Source: Macrostomum lignano (taxonomy: Eukaryota). From it: 64,000 nt of DNA. Below, one piece after another: positions 43,354 to 63,545 of the stretch (positions within the stretch are counted from its first letter, which is position 1; each line of letters begins with the position of its first letter). The DNA is taken from positions 1 to 64,000 of the forward strand of contig NIVC01003546.1 in the NCBI GenBank assembly GCA_002269645.1, written 5' to 3'. The translations under genes were made by a program, and so were the position numbers. The notes beneath the pieces were generated by a model that was given only the letters and a program-made list of their open reading frames with translations, did no database searches and was not told the origin of the DNA.

Positions 43354-45800
43354 ATGGATTTGCAGGAGATGGATTTTGAAGCGCCGCTGGCGGAGCCAGA
43401 GATGTCGCCAACGCGTTGCCAGCAGCAGCAGCAGCAGCCCACTGATGAAGTTTTAATTTACCAAGCCAAGTTTCGCATAGAGGACGCGCTTAGCGATCTC
43501 AATCGGACCAGCTCGCTCAAGATGGAGGCGGCCGGTCATAAGGTTTGTTCACAAGGTCGTCATTTCTATTGGTATGGGCTATGGACTATAATATGATGCA
43601 GCCAGCTCAGACTCTGTCTCTAGGCGGACAGGCTGATGAAACTCGAAGTCGCTTTGTCCTCCCCCGTCCTTTCTTTCTTGAGCTCACGTCTTCTTTCATC
43701 AATTTGAGCTGGAAGAGTGCCTCCTGTCTCAGTGGCTGTTTACGCCTAATGAGCTGCTCACAGCTGAGCCCCACTGCTCAGGGATGGCGGCAAAGTAGAT
43801 TCCATATTCTCTGAGTTGTTTGTCTCACTCTAGATGAATTGAGTTTGTAATGACTGAATTGGTAATTGGGTTTGTTGGCTGTAAGATCTAGACTCAAGGT
43901 GATGACTCAATGGGTCTGTTGGCTGAAATCTCGACTCAAAGTGATGAGAGTCAGTGAGCGATCAGAGTCAGTGGGTGATGAGAGTCAGTGGGTGATGAGA
44001 GTCAGTGGGTGATGAGAGTCAGTGAGCGATCAGAGTCAGTGGGTGATGAGAGTCAGTGGGTGATGAGAGTCAGTGAGCGATCAGAGTCAGTGGGTGATGA
44101 GAGTCAGTGGGTGATGAGAGTCAGTGGGTGATGAGAGTCAGTGGGTGATGAGAGTCAGTGGGTGATGAGAGTCAGTGGGTGATGAGAGTCAGTGGGTGAT
44201 GAGAGTCAGTGAGCGATCAGAGTCAGTGGGTGATGAGAGTCAGTGGGTGATGAGAGTCAGTGGGTGATGAAAGTCAGTGGGTGATGAGAGTCAGTGGGTG
44301 ATGAGAATCAGTGAGTGATGAGAGCCGGTGGGTGATGAGAGTCAGTGGGTGATGAGAGTCAGTGGGTGATGAGAGTCAGTGGGTGATGAGAGTCAGTGGG
44401 TGATGAGAGTCAGTGGATGATGAGAGTCAGTGGGTGATGAGAGTCAGTGGGTGATGAGAGTCAGTGGGTGATGAGAGTCAGTGGGTGATGAGAGTCAGTG
44501 GGTGATGAGAGTCAGTGGGTGATGAGAGTCAGTGGGTGATGAGAATCAGTGGGTGATGAGAGTCAGTGGGTGATGAGAGTCAGTGGGTGATGAGAGTCAG
44601 TGGGTGATGAGAGTCAGTGGGTGATGAGAGTCAGTGGGTGATGAGAGTCAGTGGGTGATGAGAGTCAGTGGATGATGAGAGTCAGTGGGTGATGAGAGTC
44701 AGTGGGTGATGAGATTATGGCAGGTCGCAGCTCCCACCCTGCATTTCTACCCCAGCTCGGGGCTTCCAGCCAATCAAAGCAGGGTAAACTGAATCTGAAT
44801 TTCCCACTCGCTCACAGTCACTTCCTCGAGAATTAACCCACTAAAGGCGACCAACTCTGCCAAAGTTTTTATTCTCACCGAGTTCGCTTCATTGATTTCA
44901 AAGACTGGTCAACCCGATCAAGAGCGGGTCCGGCCTGCCTGCTTTGGCATCGCATTTCGTATTCTCACCGCGAGCTTGGCATCCGGGTGCTCGTTTGCTG
45001 TCCGAGATGTCCCTCTCAGATGAAGAGCAGCACCCATCGATCCATCTGTTGGTCAGGTTTCGCGGGTGATTGTTGTTGGGGTAATTCAAACAGCATCTTC
45101 CCTGCCATCTCTGGCTCCACGTGATCTGCCAAGGAGACCGTGAAGCAGTATCGAGCAACCTTTCAAACAATGGGTCATAAATTCAGTTTGATGCAGATGA
45201 TGACATCGAAAAGAATTGCGATGCAGAAAAGGTTTCCATTTGTCAGTAGACTTTCATCGGCAATGATCTCATTTTGATTGAAGCAATTTATAGGTCTGTC
45301 TTGTAGTCTCTGGTGAGGGGCGGTCCTGGCTAGCGAAACAGACACTTCCCTGATTTTAAGTGAGCCTTAGTGAGCTATCAGCCGTTAGCCCTTTAGAGAG
45401 AAGAGTTGGCGTGCCAGACCCTGGTTCAAGGTCTCCTTGGACCTACCCACAGGGTTAGACTTGAACTGGTAGACACAGACAGCAGGTCACGGTGAGTGGG
45501 CGGCGCGCTCTATCCCAAGCCCAAGGCGGCTCACAGCCACAGACACGCCGAGTAATTCGATCTGATGGCGCTGAAAATTCTCCCCATCTCTCCGGGCATT
45601 TCGAATGCAGGATTAGAGTGGCCCGCGATGCTGCTGTACTCGGTGCAAGCAGGCGCTCTTCCAGTCCAATTATTGTTCCGATGGCGACGCTATTATATTC
45701 TGGGGCAGTTTTCTCACCTATTAAGATTGAGGGTCACGGCTCCCCCAGGGACACAGGGCATGCGGGTTCACTGGGATCGGTTCACAAACTATTGAAATTT
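43354..45800 (+). CDS. Candidate multi-exon gene, product unknown
   Basis: Exon 43354-43542 (MDLQEMDFEAPLAEPEMSP...KMEAAGHK|gtttgt) looks coding. Further exon-like blocks with AG/GT ends lie at about 43623-43793, 44905-45057, 45190-45235 and 45540-45730. More than one frame is open in each, so no unique model could be built. Confidence 0.35.
43941..44714. repeat. 17-bp minisatellite gagagtcagtgggtgat, about 45 copies
   Basis: Direct reading. Confidence 0.95.
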
Positions 45801-45864
45801 TGCAGTATAGCTCGTAGAAGCCCATAGTTCACAAACTTGACTACAGAAACTGGAAACTTGGTAA

Positions 45865-46205
45865 TTCACGCTCTCACTCCCTCTCTGCCTCTCCTTCTCC
45901 CTCTCTCTATCCCACTAACTCTCACTTCTCCCTCTCCCTCTCCCTCTACCTCTCCCTCTCACTCTCCTTCTCACTCTCCCTCTCCCTCTTCATCTACCTC
46001 TACCTCTCCCTCTCCCTCTCACTCTCCTCACTCTCCCTCTCCCTCTACCTCTCTCTTTCACTCTCCTTCTCCCTCTCCCTCTTCCTCTTCATCTCCCTCT
46101 ACCTCTCCCTTTCACTCTCCTTCTCACTCTCCCTCTCCCTCTTCATCTCCCTCAACCTCTCACTCTCAATCTCCTCACTCTCCCTCTACTCTCCCTCTCA
46201 CTCTC
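45865..46205. repeat. Polypyrimidine (CT-rich) low-complexity tract
   Basis: ctctcc/ctct repeats, almost no G on the plus strand. Confidence 0.9.
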
Positions 46206-47052
46206 ATTCCAATTCTCGCTGTCAGACGGCCTGTGTTTGGCAGCCCCCATATTTCCGCAGCATTTCCACGGAAAGCCCATCGGACTTGAAGCGCCAGCAG
46301 CCACAGAGTTCGCATTCATCAGCCGCCTGCCTGCCTAGAGCGCCGGATCGAAACAGGCGGCCATCTTTTAATTTTCTCACATCGACCGATTCCAGAATTG
46401 GGAGCCGCAGGGACGCAGACAGAGCGGGGGGATTAGGCCTAAGCCCGGCAGCAGATGGGGACACCCAAGCCAATCTGTCATTGCCTCCAGCAAGCATTCC
46501 CCGATTGCATGGTAAATTGGGAGTTCACAACTCTTCTAGTCTGGGGGGGGGGCAGAAGTTATTGTGGTGCGCCGCGGCCGTTGCGGCGGCTCTGAGGCGC
46601 GTCGGCGTGCGCAAAGATTGCGTTCGCGCGCCAAACTGCAGATAATTGCTGCCGATGCTGTTGGACTTTTCTTTTCTTTTGCTCCTCATCCTCCTCTTTC
46701 TGCTGGGCAGCTGCGGGTTGATTGATCTGGCGTCTGAGAAAATAAATTGCTTTTTCGAGCCGCATCGGCTTTTCATTGAGCCTCTGGCCGGGCTCGGCGA
46801 CAAGCGAGTCACCAATGCGGCCTGGACCCTTCAAGCTAGGTGCGGGAGGTGCTGCTCTGTTGACTCGGCCTGTTGGTTGACGCCGGTGCCCCCCGGATCC
46901 CGCACCCTGTGGCGCTGCTTATCATTTTTTCTTACTGAACAGATTTCGACTGCGTATTTCATTCTTTTTGTTGTTCACAGCTCATCGGGAGTCGAACCCC
47001 CTTCTGATCATGGAAACTCAGCGAGATTCGAACCCCCTCCCGCCCGCAGAGT

Positions 47053-54624
<7,572 letters not shown>

Positions 54625-55474
54625 ATCAGCGGCGCTCGCTCCCTGATCGTAGCGTGCAGCTACGCGGTCTGCCCATAGGAAACAGCAAAGCAAATTTTAT
54701 CAGAAAATGAAAATGTTCAGTTATGAAGCTCGGCACACGGAGTGGCAGTATAGTGTCCTTAACTACAATAAAAGACCATTGCCCATCTAATGGTCAAGTA
54801 ACATTCGTATAATTCAAAGATTATACTGTATATCAAAACAACAGACAGATAGACAGACTTCATCAAGGATTTTCCTTTGCACAATGCGTTATTGAGATAG
54901 GAGTTTTTTAGCTCCTATTTTCAGAACTGCTCATAAATTGACACTGTGTCCCTTCTGAACTTCCCAATTGCAAATGAAGCAAGTTTGTTTGGAAAAGGTT
55001 TGAAAAAAGTATTATTATCGGAGATCGGCAAAGGTCAACGTACGAGCGTACATGCCACACTTGGGTTTTCTAAATGGATTTAGCAGAGATTTAGCTGTTT
55101 TGCACAGCGCTGAATGGGGTTTGGCCATAGACAAATCCTGCTTGCCGATGTCTGCTGGCATTCCATGAAAATATAGATTGATAGAATTTAATGGCTTGAA
55201 AAACTGAAAACTTCCTATCTCGCCATTGTCCATGATCAAGATCTTTGGCCTGATATTTTGGAAGTAATTTTAACACGATGAAAAAGTTTTGCGAATGGAA
55301 GCTATGATTATGGTTTTATAAGTAATCGGTCGGCATCCTACGATACAGGAATCCGTGACAATTTTGTCAAGTCTGCCTCACAAAAATATCTTCTAAGCTT
55401 TTTCACACAAGGTCATTGCCATGGATACCCCGTGTAGAGTCCACGTTACCAAGGTCTTTATTCATTGTAAAGGT

Positions 55475-55797
55475 AATAATAATAATAATATTACTAATAA
55501 TAATAATTGATTACACCTACCCTAATGGGCAGATGTGCAACCGACAGCTCAGCCGCAGCTATTGCGCGGCGCATCTGAAGGCTGCGTACGGCTGTTCAGT
55601 CCAAGGACTGGGGGGTCGCCACACACACCCTCAATTACCCCAGCTAATCCTGGCACCCATTTTACAGCTGGGTGAACTGAAGCAATGCAGAGTTAAGTGT
55701 CTTGCTCAAGGACACAAATTGTTCCGATTGGGTCGAGAATCGAACCCCCGACCTTTCAGTCGTGCGTCCGACGCTCTGACCACTAGGCTAAAACCCC
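55475..55797 (-). mobile_element. tRNA-derived SINE with CORE (MIR-like) central domain
   Basis: On the minus strand: A box TAGCCTAGTGG (55790-55780), B box GGTTCGATTC (55746-55737), then tgtgtccttgagcaagacacttaactctgcattgcttcagttcacccagctgtaaaatggg (55716-55656), which parallels the MIR CORE as I recall it. (ATT)n tail at about 55507-55476. Confidence 0.8.
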
Positions 55798-56220
55798 TCA
55801 GGTGAAAGCCATAAAAATAGCTACGGAAAATTGATAGAAAACTGTGTGGTTCCATGTGAATCATGGTTGTGAAAGTAGTTCTTTTTCGCCGTGTTCTTTT
55901 GAATGAAATGCATTCACCTCCCAACCACTTCTGAACTGCTTTCGTGCTTCTTTTGCCCGAAAGATCCAATTTTTTTGTTTTCAGTTGCCATAAAATTATT
56001 TTCTGCAAACCAATTCAACTAATTTTATCAGTTTTCATAAATTCTTTTCTCACACTGCAGAGAGTCACGCACCAGTTACGAGCCTGAACTCATTCGAAAT
56101 TAAACAATTTTGATTTACAATTCAATTCTTGAAATTGCAATACAAGGACGTAAAGATGGATTCATTGTGTCTTTTATGTGGTGCAGGGGATTCTCAGTAT
56201 TCTGCCAAAGAAACACAAGC

Positions 56221-56380
56221 AGAACGGATTGCTAATCTACTCAACACATTATATTGATTAAAGGACAGAATGAATTGCTAATCTACTCCACGGACTAACT
56301 TGATTAAAGTAAAGAATGGATTGCTAATCTACTCCACGGATTAACTTAATTAAGGGATAGAGTGGATTGCTAATCTAGTC
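56221..56380. repeat. Four degenerate units related to the 43-bp CDKL-intron minisatellite
   Basis: Shared core ggattgctaatcta at about 45-bp spacing. Confidence 0.65.
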
Positions 56381-57074
56381 TAGAATAAAAATTAATGGAA
56401 TGGACAAAATGGAGTCTTTAAATAAAAAATCTTACAAACTACAAAGTTTGCATTTGCAAAGGGATAAAACTTTGGCTGTAATTATTTAGCACAGGAGCTT
56501 TCAAAAAAGCTTGTACAGCACTTCTTGTCTATTATGATGGTCAGAGGTTAATAATGGAAAAATAAAACTTGAGAATAATTTGTCCAAAAACTGATGTTAA
56601 AAACTGCAAAGACTGATAAAAACACAAGCACAGAGATTCGGCAGGAAGTCAGTCTGAAAAATGGAAGTTAAAAAGTTTCATTTCAAACAAATTGTGAACT
56701 GGGAGAGCAGTTATCGCAGTCGAGTAAACAACAGGAATAAAATGGAAGAATGACATTCGTTATGCTCATAAAATACTTCAAAAATATTAACAACAAAAAC
56801 AATAAATTTCATTGATAAAACAAGAAAAGGCTTTGGTTTGTTCCTGACAAAAATTAGTTAAATAACAATAATATTTTTGTTAAACACTGCAGTTATCAAA
56901 TATTCATTCAGCAAGAGCTCATTCATGAGTATGAATATATCTCTTAGAAAGCGTGCAGAAGTTTTAAAGCAAAATTGAAATGAAAATGGAAGATTTATAG
57001 ATGTAAAATAAATTTGTTTGACAATGGCGCTTCAACTTTAATGACAATTGTTTGAAAACTCGAATTTCGCTGTT

Positions 57075-58689
57075 CTGACCAAACACATTGTGGCCTGACC
57101 AAACACATTGTGGCCTGACCAAACACATTATGGCCTGACCAAACACATTATGGCCTGACCAAACACATTGTGGCCTGACCAAACACATTGTGGCCTGACC
57201 AAACACATTGTGGCCTGACCAAACACATTATGGCCTGACCAAACACATTATGGCCTGACCAAACACATTGTGGCCTGACCAAACACATTGTGGCCTGACC
57301 AAACACATTGTGGCCTGACCAAACACATTGTGGCCTGACCAAACACATTATGGCCTGACCAAACACATTGTGGCCTGACCAAACACATTATGGCCTGACC
57401 AAACACATTATGGCCTGACCAAACACATTATGGCCTGACCAAACACATTATAGCCTGACCAAAAACATTATGGCCTGACCAAACACATTATGGCCTGACC
57501 AAACACATTGTGGCCTGACCAAACACATTATGGCCTGACCAAACACATTGTGGCCTCACCAAACACATTATGGCCTGACTAAACACATTATGGCCTGACC
57601 AAACACATTGTGGCCTGACCAAACACATTATGGCCTGACCAAACACATTATGGCCTGACCAAACACATCGTGGCCTGACCAAACACACTATGGCCTGACC
57701 AAACACATTATGGCCTGACCAAACACATTATGGCCTGACCAAAAACATTATGGCCTGACCAAACACATTATGGCCTGACCAAACACATTGTGGCCTGACC
57801 AAACACATTATGGCCTGACCAAACACATTGTGGCCTCACCAAACACATTATGGCCTGACCAAACACATTATGGCCTGACCAAACACATTGTGGCCTGACC
57901 AAACACACTATGGCCTGACCAAACACATTATGGCCTGACCAAACACATTATGGCCTGACCAAAAACATTATGGCCTGACCAAACACATTATGGCCTGACC
58001 AAAAACATTATGGCCTGACCAAACACATTATGGCCTGACTAAACACATTATGGCCTGACCAAACACATTATGGCCTGACCAAACACATTGTGGCCTGACC
58101 AAACACATTATGGCCTGACCAAACACATTGTGGCCTGACAAAACACATTATGGCTTGACCAAACACATTATGGCCTGACCAAACACATTATGGCCTGACC
58201 AAACACATTATGGCCTGACCAAACACATTATGGCATGACCAAAAACATTATGTTCTGACCAAACACATTGTGGCCTGACCAAACACATTGTGGCCTGACC
58301 AAACACATTGTGGCCTGACCAAACACATTATGGCCTGACCAAACACATTGTGGCCTGACCAAACACATTATGGCCTGACCAAACACATTGTGGCCTGACC
58401 AAACACATTATGGCCTGACCAAACACATTATGGCATGACCAAACACATTGTGGCCTGACCAAACACATTATGGCCTGACCAAACACATTGTGGCCTGACC
58501 AAACACTTTGTGGCCTGACCAAACACATTATAGCCTGACCAAAAACATTATGGCCTGACCAAACACATTATGGCCTGACCAAACACATTGTGGCCTGACC
58601 AAACACATTATGGCCTGACCAAACACATTATGGCTTGACCAAACACATTATGGCCTGACTAAACACATTATGGCCTGACCAAACACATC
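57075..58689. repeat. 20-bp minisatellite tggcctgaccaaacacatta, about 80 copies
   Basis: Direct reading. Confidence 0.95.
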
Positions 58690-58863
58690 TAGGAAGTAGC
58701 TGATAGATAAGATAAGTAAATGGTCAAGTTAATTAATGCTGAGGACAAGCAAAATTGAGCCTTCAAAGAAACTGCCATAGCTATGAAGTGCTCACATACT
58801 CTTGCTCACTACAAGCAGTCTCAGAGCAAATCTCAGTGCCCCACCAGCCTCAACCAGTATTTT

Positions 58864-60513
58864 TCAGATGTCCCTCTTAAAGCCCTTCAAGTCAACGTCG
58901 GTGCTCATCAGGCGCTCCAAGTCGTCCAGGGCCGCCTCCTGGCGCGACTTCACGCCGCTGTCGCTGCCGCCGCCGCCGCCGCCTCCGCCGTCTACAGCGT
59001 CTACGCCCCTCGAGTCTCGCGGCTTTGGAGCCGGCGGCTTTGGAGCCGGCGGCTTTGGAGCCGGCGGCTTCACCGGCTGAGCGACAGGGGATTTCTGGCG
59101 CGGCGGCCGACTTGGCGGCTGCTGCGCCTGCGGCGGCTGTTGCGGCGGAGGAGGCCGACTTGGCGGCTGCTGCGTGTGCGGCGGCTGTTGCGGCGGAGGA
59201 GGCCGACTTGGTTGGCTTGGCTGCTGGCTGGGCGCCGGCTGTGTGGGCTGGTACTGCCCAAAGCCCATCTGTGTTGACGGGCAGTTGAGAGAGAAAATCA
59301 ATTTTTTGGCTTGTCAAGGTTAATAATACCTAAGGTAGTTTTGCAGCTTGCCTATCGCGCAGTGTTCTGCTTCCACCCTTTTCCCGATCTTCAAAAACTT
59401 TCTCGTTCCTTCAGCGATCTGCCACTCCCTTCCAGTGGCTTCAGCGATCTGCCACCCCCTTCCAGTGGCTTCAGCGATCTGCCACTCCCTTCCAGTGGCT
59501 TCAGCGGTCTGCCACTCCCTTCCAGTGGCTTCAGCGGTCTGCCACTCCCTTCCAGTGGCTTCAGCGATCTGCCACTCCCTTCCAGTGGCTTCAGCGATCT
59601 GCCACCCCCTTCCAGTGGCTTCAGCGATCTGCCACTCCCTTCCAGTGGCTTCAGCGGTCTGCCACTCCCTTCCAGTGGCTTCAGCGATCTGCCACTCCCT
59701 TCCAGTGGCTTCAGCGATCTGCCACTCCCTTCCAGTGGCTTCAGCGATCTGCCACTCCCTTCCAGTGGCTTCAGCGGTCTGCCACTCCCTTCCAGTGGCT
59801 TCAGCGATCTGCCACTCCCTTCCAGTGGCTTCAGCGATCTGCCACTCCCTTCCAGTGGCTTCAGCGGTCTGCCACTCCCTTCCAGTGGCTTCAGCGATCT
59901 GCCACTCCCTTCCAGTGGCTTCAGCGATCTGCCACTCCCTTCCAGTGGCTTCAGCGATCTGCCACTCCCTTCCAGTGGCTTCAGCGATCTGCCACTCCCT
60001 TCCAGTGGCTTCAGCGATCTGCCACTCCCTTCCAGTGGCTTCAGCGATCTGCCACCTGACATCAATTACCTCAACCCTCTATTATATATTACTTGAACTT
60101 ATTCTAGTTCCTAAATACGAGCGTACTTCTGAATTAGATTTCAGACCAGACATTACCGGAGGCTGCAGCTGCTCATAGCTCTGCTGATAGTAGTATGAAC
60201 TGCCCTGGGCTGGGTAGCCTTGTTGCATGCCATAGCCAAAGCCGTAGCCGCCGCCGACCCCGGTGTACGCCGTTGTGGGCGCGAGGCCGTACATTGGCGG
60301 CATGGACTGCTGCTGGTTGACTGTGGCGTCAATCTGAGGCTGGTTCTGCTGCATGAATTGCTGCTGCTGCTGCTGATATTGCTGCTGCTGGAATTGCTGC
60401 TGTTCGGGGGAAAGAGCAGTATAGCCGCCCATCGGATTAGGCGCTGGGTTGCCCTGGAGAGCGAAACCGTAGGGTGGAGGCGGCGGCTGCTGCTGCTGAT
60501 TAGGGTGGCTCAT
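58864..60513 (-). CDS. Two-exon Gln/Tyr/Gly- and Pro-rich low-complexity protein (about 253 aa), function unknown
   Basis: Exon 60513-60157 (MSHPNQQQQPPPPPYG...LQPP|gtaatg) and exon 59268-58864 (caacacag|MGFGQYQP...ALDDLERLMSTDVDLKGFKRDI*), phase 0-0. GC-rich codon usage like the other genes. An alternative donor at about 60125 is possible. Confidence 0.65.
59408..60058. repeat. 30-bp minisatellite ccttccagtggcttcagcgatctgccactc, about 22 copies (intronic)
   Basis: Internal 6-bp inverted repeat agtggc/gccact; no spacers. Confidence 0.95.
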
Positions 60514-63500
60514 TTTTTCAGCTTGTGTTGTGTCGATAAAAAATAATCATGCAAAAACAGTTGATTTGATTTTACTCCAGGCTTAAAATAAATATAATTA
60601 ACTTTAACTTTGAATTTGAGTAAATCATATTCAAATAAAAGCTATAGTGACTTTAGCTAATGAAATAAAAAGTTATGAACTGTTTAAATATTAATCGATA
60701 AAATTTAGACATAGCCTTCATTTTACATTTAAAAAACTAACAGTCAAATCGATCTCTAAAATATATTTTTTATTATAGTCTAGACTTTTAACCTCGCATT
60801 GTGAGTTTCAAAGGTACAATAATGTCATGATATAAAGCATTTTTATGAATAGATGGACTTGGAATATGATTCTGTCACGTTTATATTTAATTAGCTTAAG
60901 CTTGAAAGTAGATTTGAAGCAAAAAAAGAAAATAGAATAAAAAATAAGAATCTCCAGAATGTTCAAATGGAAAGTTATTCCTCAAAACATTCTTTCAACT
61001 GGTTTTTTAATAATCATAGACGTACTGCGTAGGATAGGAAAGAGCTAGGCCAGTGAGTTAATTTTTCAAGTCAACTTTTGGTAAGAAAGTGCAATACATT
61101 CTACCTACTACAGTGGTCCTTGACATTCTGTCCTAAGACTGCTGGCACCAACACTTTATAAGAAGTTTTTTAGCCCAGAACCATCGTGAATTAATTTTCA
61201 GAATTAAATTATTTTTCTAATTGCTTAATGTACTGAAATTGTTTCGGAATCTATTGAAATAAAAATTAAATCTCCAAGTCAATTTTTTAATAAAAATGCA
61301 CATATATAGTTAAAGACCCTAAATTATTGTTGAACAGCATCACATAAAACGTGCCAAGAAAAGTAACTATTAATTATTTAATTATATATAATTATGTAAA
61401 TGACTAAATATCCATCAATTAAATGAATGATTGAAGGATAACTTTAACGGACAAAAAAAGATTATTTTGAGAAGAAAATAAAACTGACAAGTGACGCCTG
61501 TAAAATAGTAAAACAAACCACATGCATTACAAAGTTTAGTTGCATTTGTGTCCAACTTATAGTCACCAAAATGTTTTAAAAGAGTTATTTTATTTTTTAT
61601 TAAAATGTACATTTTGATAACTGACGTAATGTTTTTCAAGAAAATTCACGAACTAGATTCTAAAAGCTGAAGGCTAAACGTTTTTCCTTAGTATTTAAAT
61701 TTTTATTTATTTCATATACCTAAAGTATCTTTTAGGTTTATAAACAATTAAATAACAGTTCGTACACAAAATCCAATATGAAGTACATGTTTTAGATACA
61801 ATGTACATTGTATTTATATTGACATTCATAGGGGTCTATGTTTTGCTTGTATAATTATTTATGCCTTATGGCCTATGGGAAACATTTAAAATTTCATGTA
61901 CAGGTTTTTCAACCGTCTCTTACTTCTTGTGAGTCGTGACGTACATGTACGGCCATTCAATTAACTTGTATTGCATTGTGGGCTCCTTAAATTACATGTA
62001 TTTATAAATTTTAATCCCGATAATCGTTGTGCATAATGATGACGGACTTTCAGTACTGATGTGATGGCACATACATGTATAAAGCTCCTTCCCCTGTACT
62101 GTTCTTACTACTGCCACAAAATGGAATTTTCTTCTTCTCTATTTCTTGTATCTTCTCTGTTCTTTAATTCCAATTCCCTCTTTGTCATCTTCTCTTTTTT
62201 ATCCTTTGTTTCCACTATTTTATTTTCCTCTCTCTTTTATGCTTTTTCTTCTTTTCTATTGGGATTTCATACCAGCATACTTTTTCGAGTCATAGTCCCC
62301 AGTCGTCAAGGTATGTGTTAGGCGGCCACACTGCACCTGGCATGTGCGCCTGCGGGTCTGCAGACGCCAGATGGTCTAGATGAATCACACGTGACTGCAT
62401 GGCGCTTTTTCTCATTTTTGACAGATCATCCATCACATGAATCACATGAGATTTTGGCCTATTCTTCAGATTTTTCCAAGTGGGACGATATTTTTGACAG
62501 CTGCGACCTTTACCTCTAATATTATACTCGCTTTAATCCTTATCTCCTCGCAGATTATTCCGTCGCACTCTCATCTTTATTCCATCTTTATTCTCACACG
62601 CGTATCGATATAATGCATACTTTCAGGTTAAGTTTTGATTTGACATTGCTGAAACTCATTTATTGTTTGCATCAAAATTTGATGATATATGGCCGCACCT
62701 GTCACTCTTAGGGGTCCAATGGGGTTTGATAGGATCTCTTGGCTTTCGATATTAAATACAAGGTCAGCCAATCAAAATTCGACGTGCGTTTTAAGAATTA
62801 CATGTAGGCTTATATCCAATCAGAATCAACGTATTTCAATATAACAAAGTCGCGGGCCAGTAATTGGTCCGAATTTAAACCCCGGATTTTTCCTGTTTGG
62901 AATTCAACCTTTCGGTCCTCCTCGATAGATCTGAGAGACCCTCTGGAGGAACGCCCTCTCCAACTGTTGATTTGTCCCCCAAGGACTGCTCTGGTGGAAG
63001 GACTGGAAACTATACTTTTCTTGGAATTTTTTAGGAGGCATCTTGACTCAAAACCTGCATAGATAGCTCGAATCATTGGTTTTACGGTTCGACTAATGCT
63101 TTCCCTGATTGGAGCAATAAATCAATAAATCATGTCATGGACAGCTTCAAGAACAAGAAACAAAGAATCAATAAACAAGAATTTATTCAAGAACGGAGCG
63201 ACTATAATTTGAAAGAAAACGCGGAGCCAAACAAACATGCAGCTTCAATTTTAGAAAGTCAACTATAGTACACTGTCTCTAGTCTATGGGACATCCCTAA
63301 TCTTTAGGAGTTAATAGGTAATAGGCCAAATAGGCCAATGAAGCTTATAAATAAGAATAAATAAATAAATTGAAGTGCTTTTTGGTTTTGTCGACAAAAT
63401 GTTCGAGTTCGTTGATTATTTTATTAATAGGGAGGGTGAAGTATAGTTAGATTCGCTCAGAACCCGAATCGGGCAGTTGATTTTTATAGTAAAGTTTTTA

Positions 63501-63545
63501 TTAGAATTTTCTCGTGACCAGATCGAATTGAAGCAGCTCGCAGTC

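Noticed and set aside
55730-55797. Possible tRNA gene
   Set aside because: The A and B boxes continue into a CORE-like domain and a simple-repeat tail; I found no acceptor-stem closure, so it is a SINE head.
59408-60058. 30-bp palindromic repeat resembling a CRISPR array, and 224-276-aa ORFs over it
   Set aside because: Units are contiguous with no spacers, there are no cas genes, and the context is a eukaryotic intron. The ORFs follow from the 30-bp period.
62810-63076. 88-aa minus-strand ORF as a further lectin exon or transposase relic
   Set aside because: Splice phase from the lectin exon leads to an immediate stop, and there is no convincing catalytic motif.
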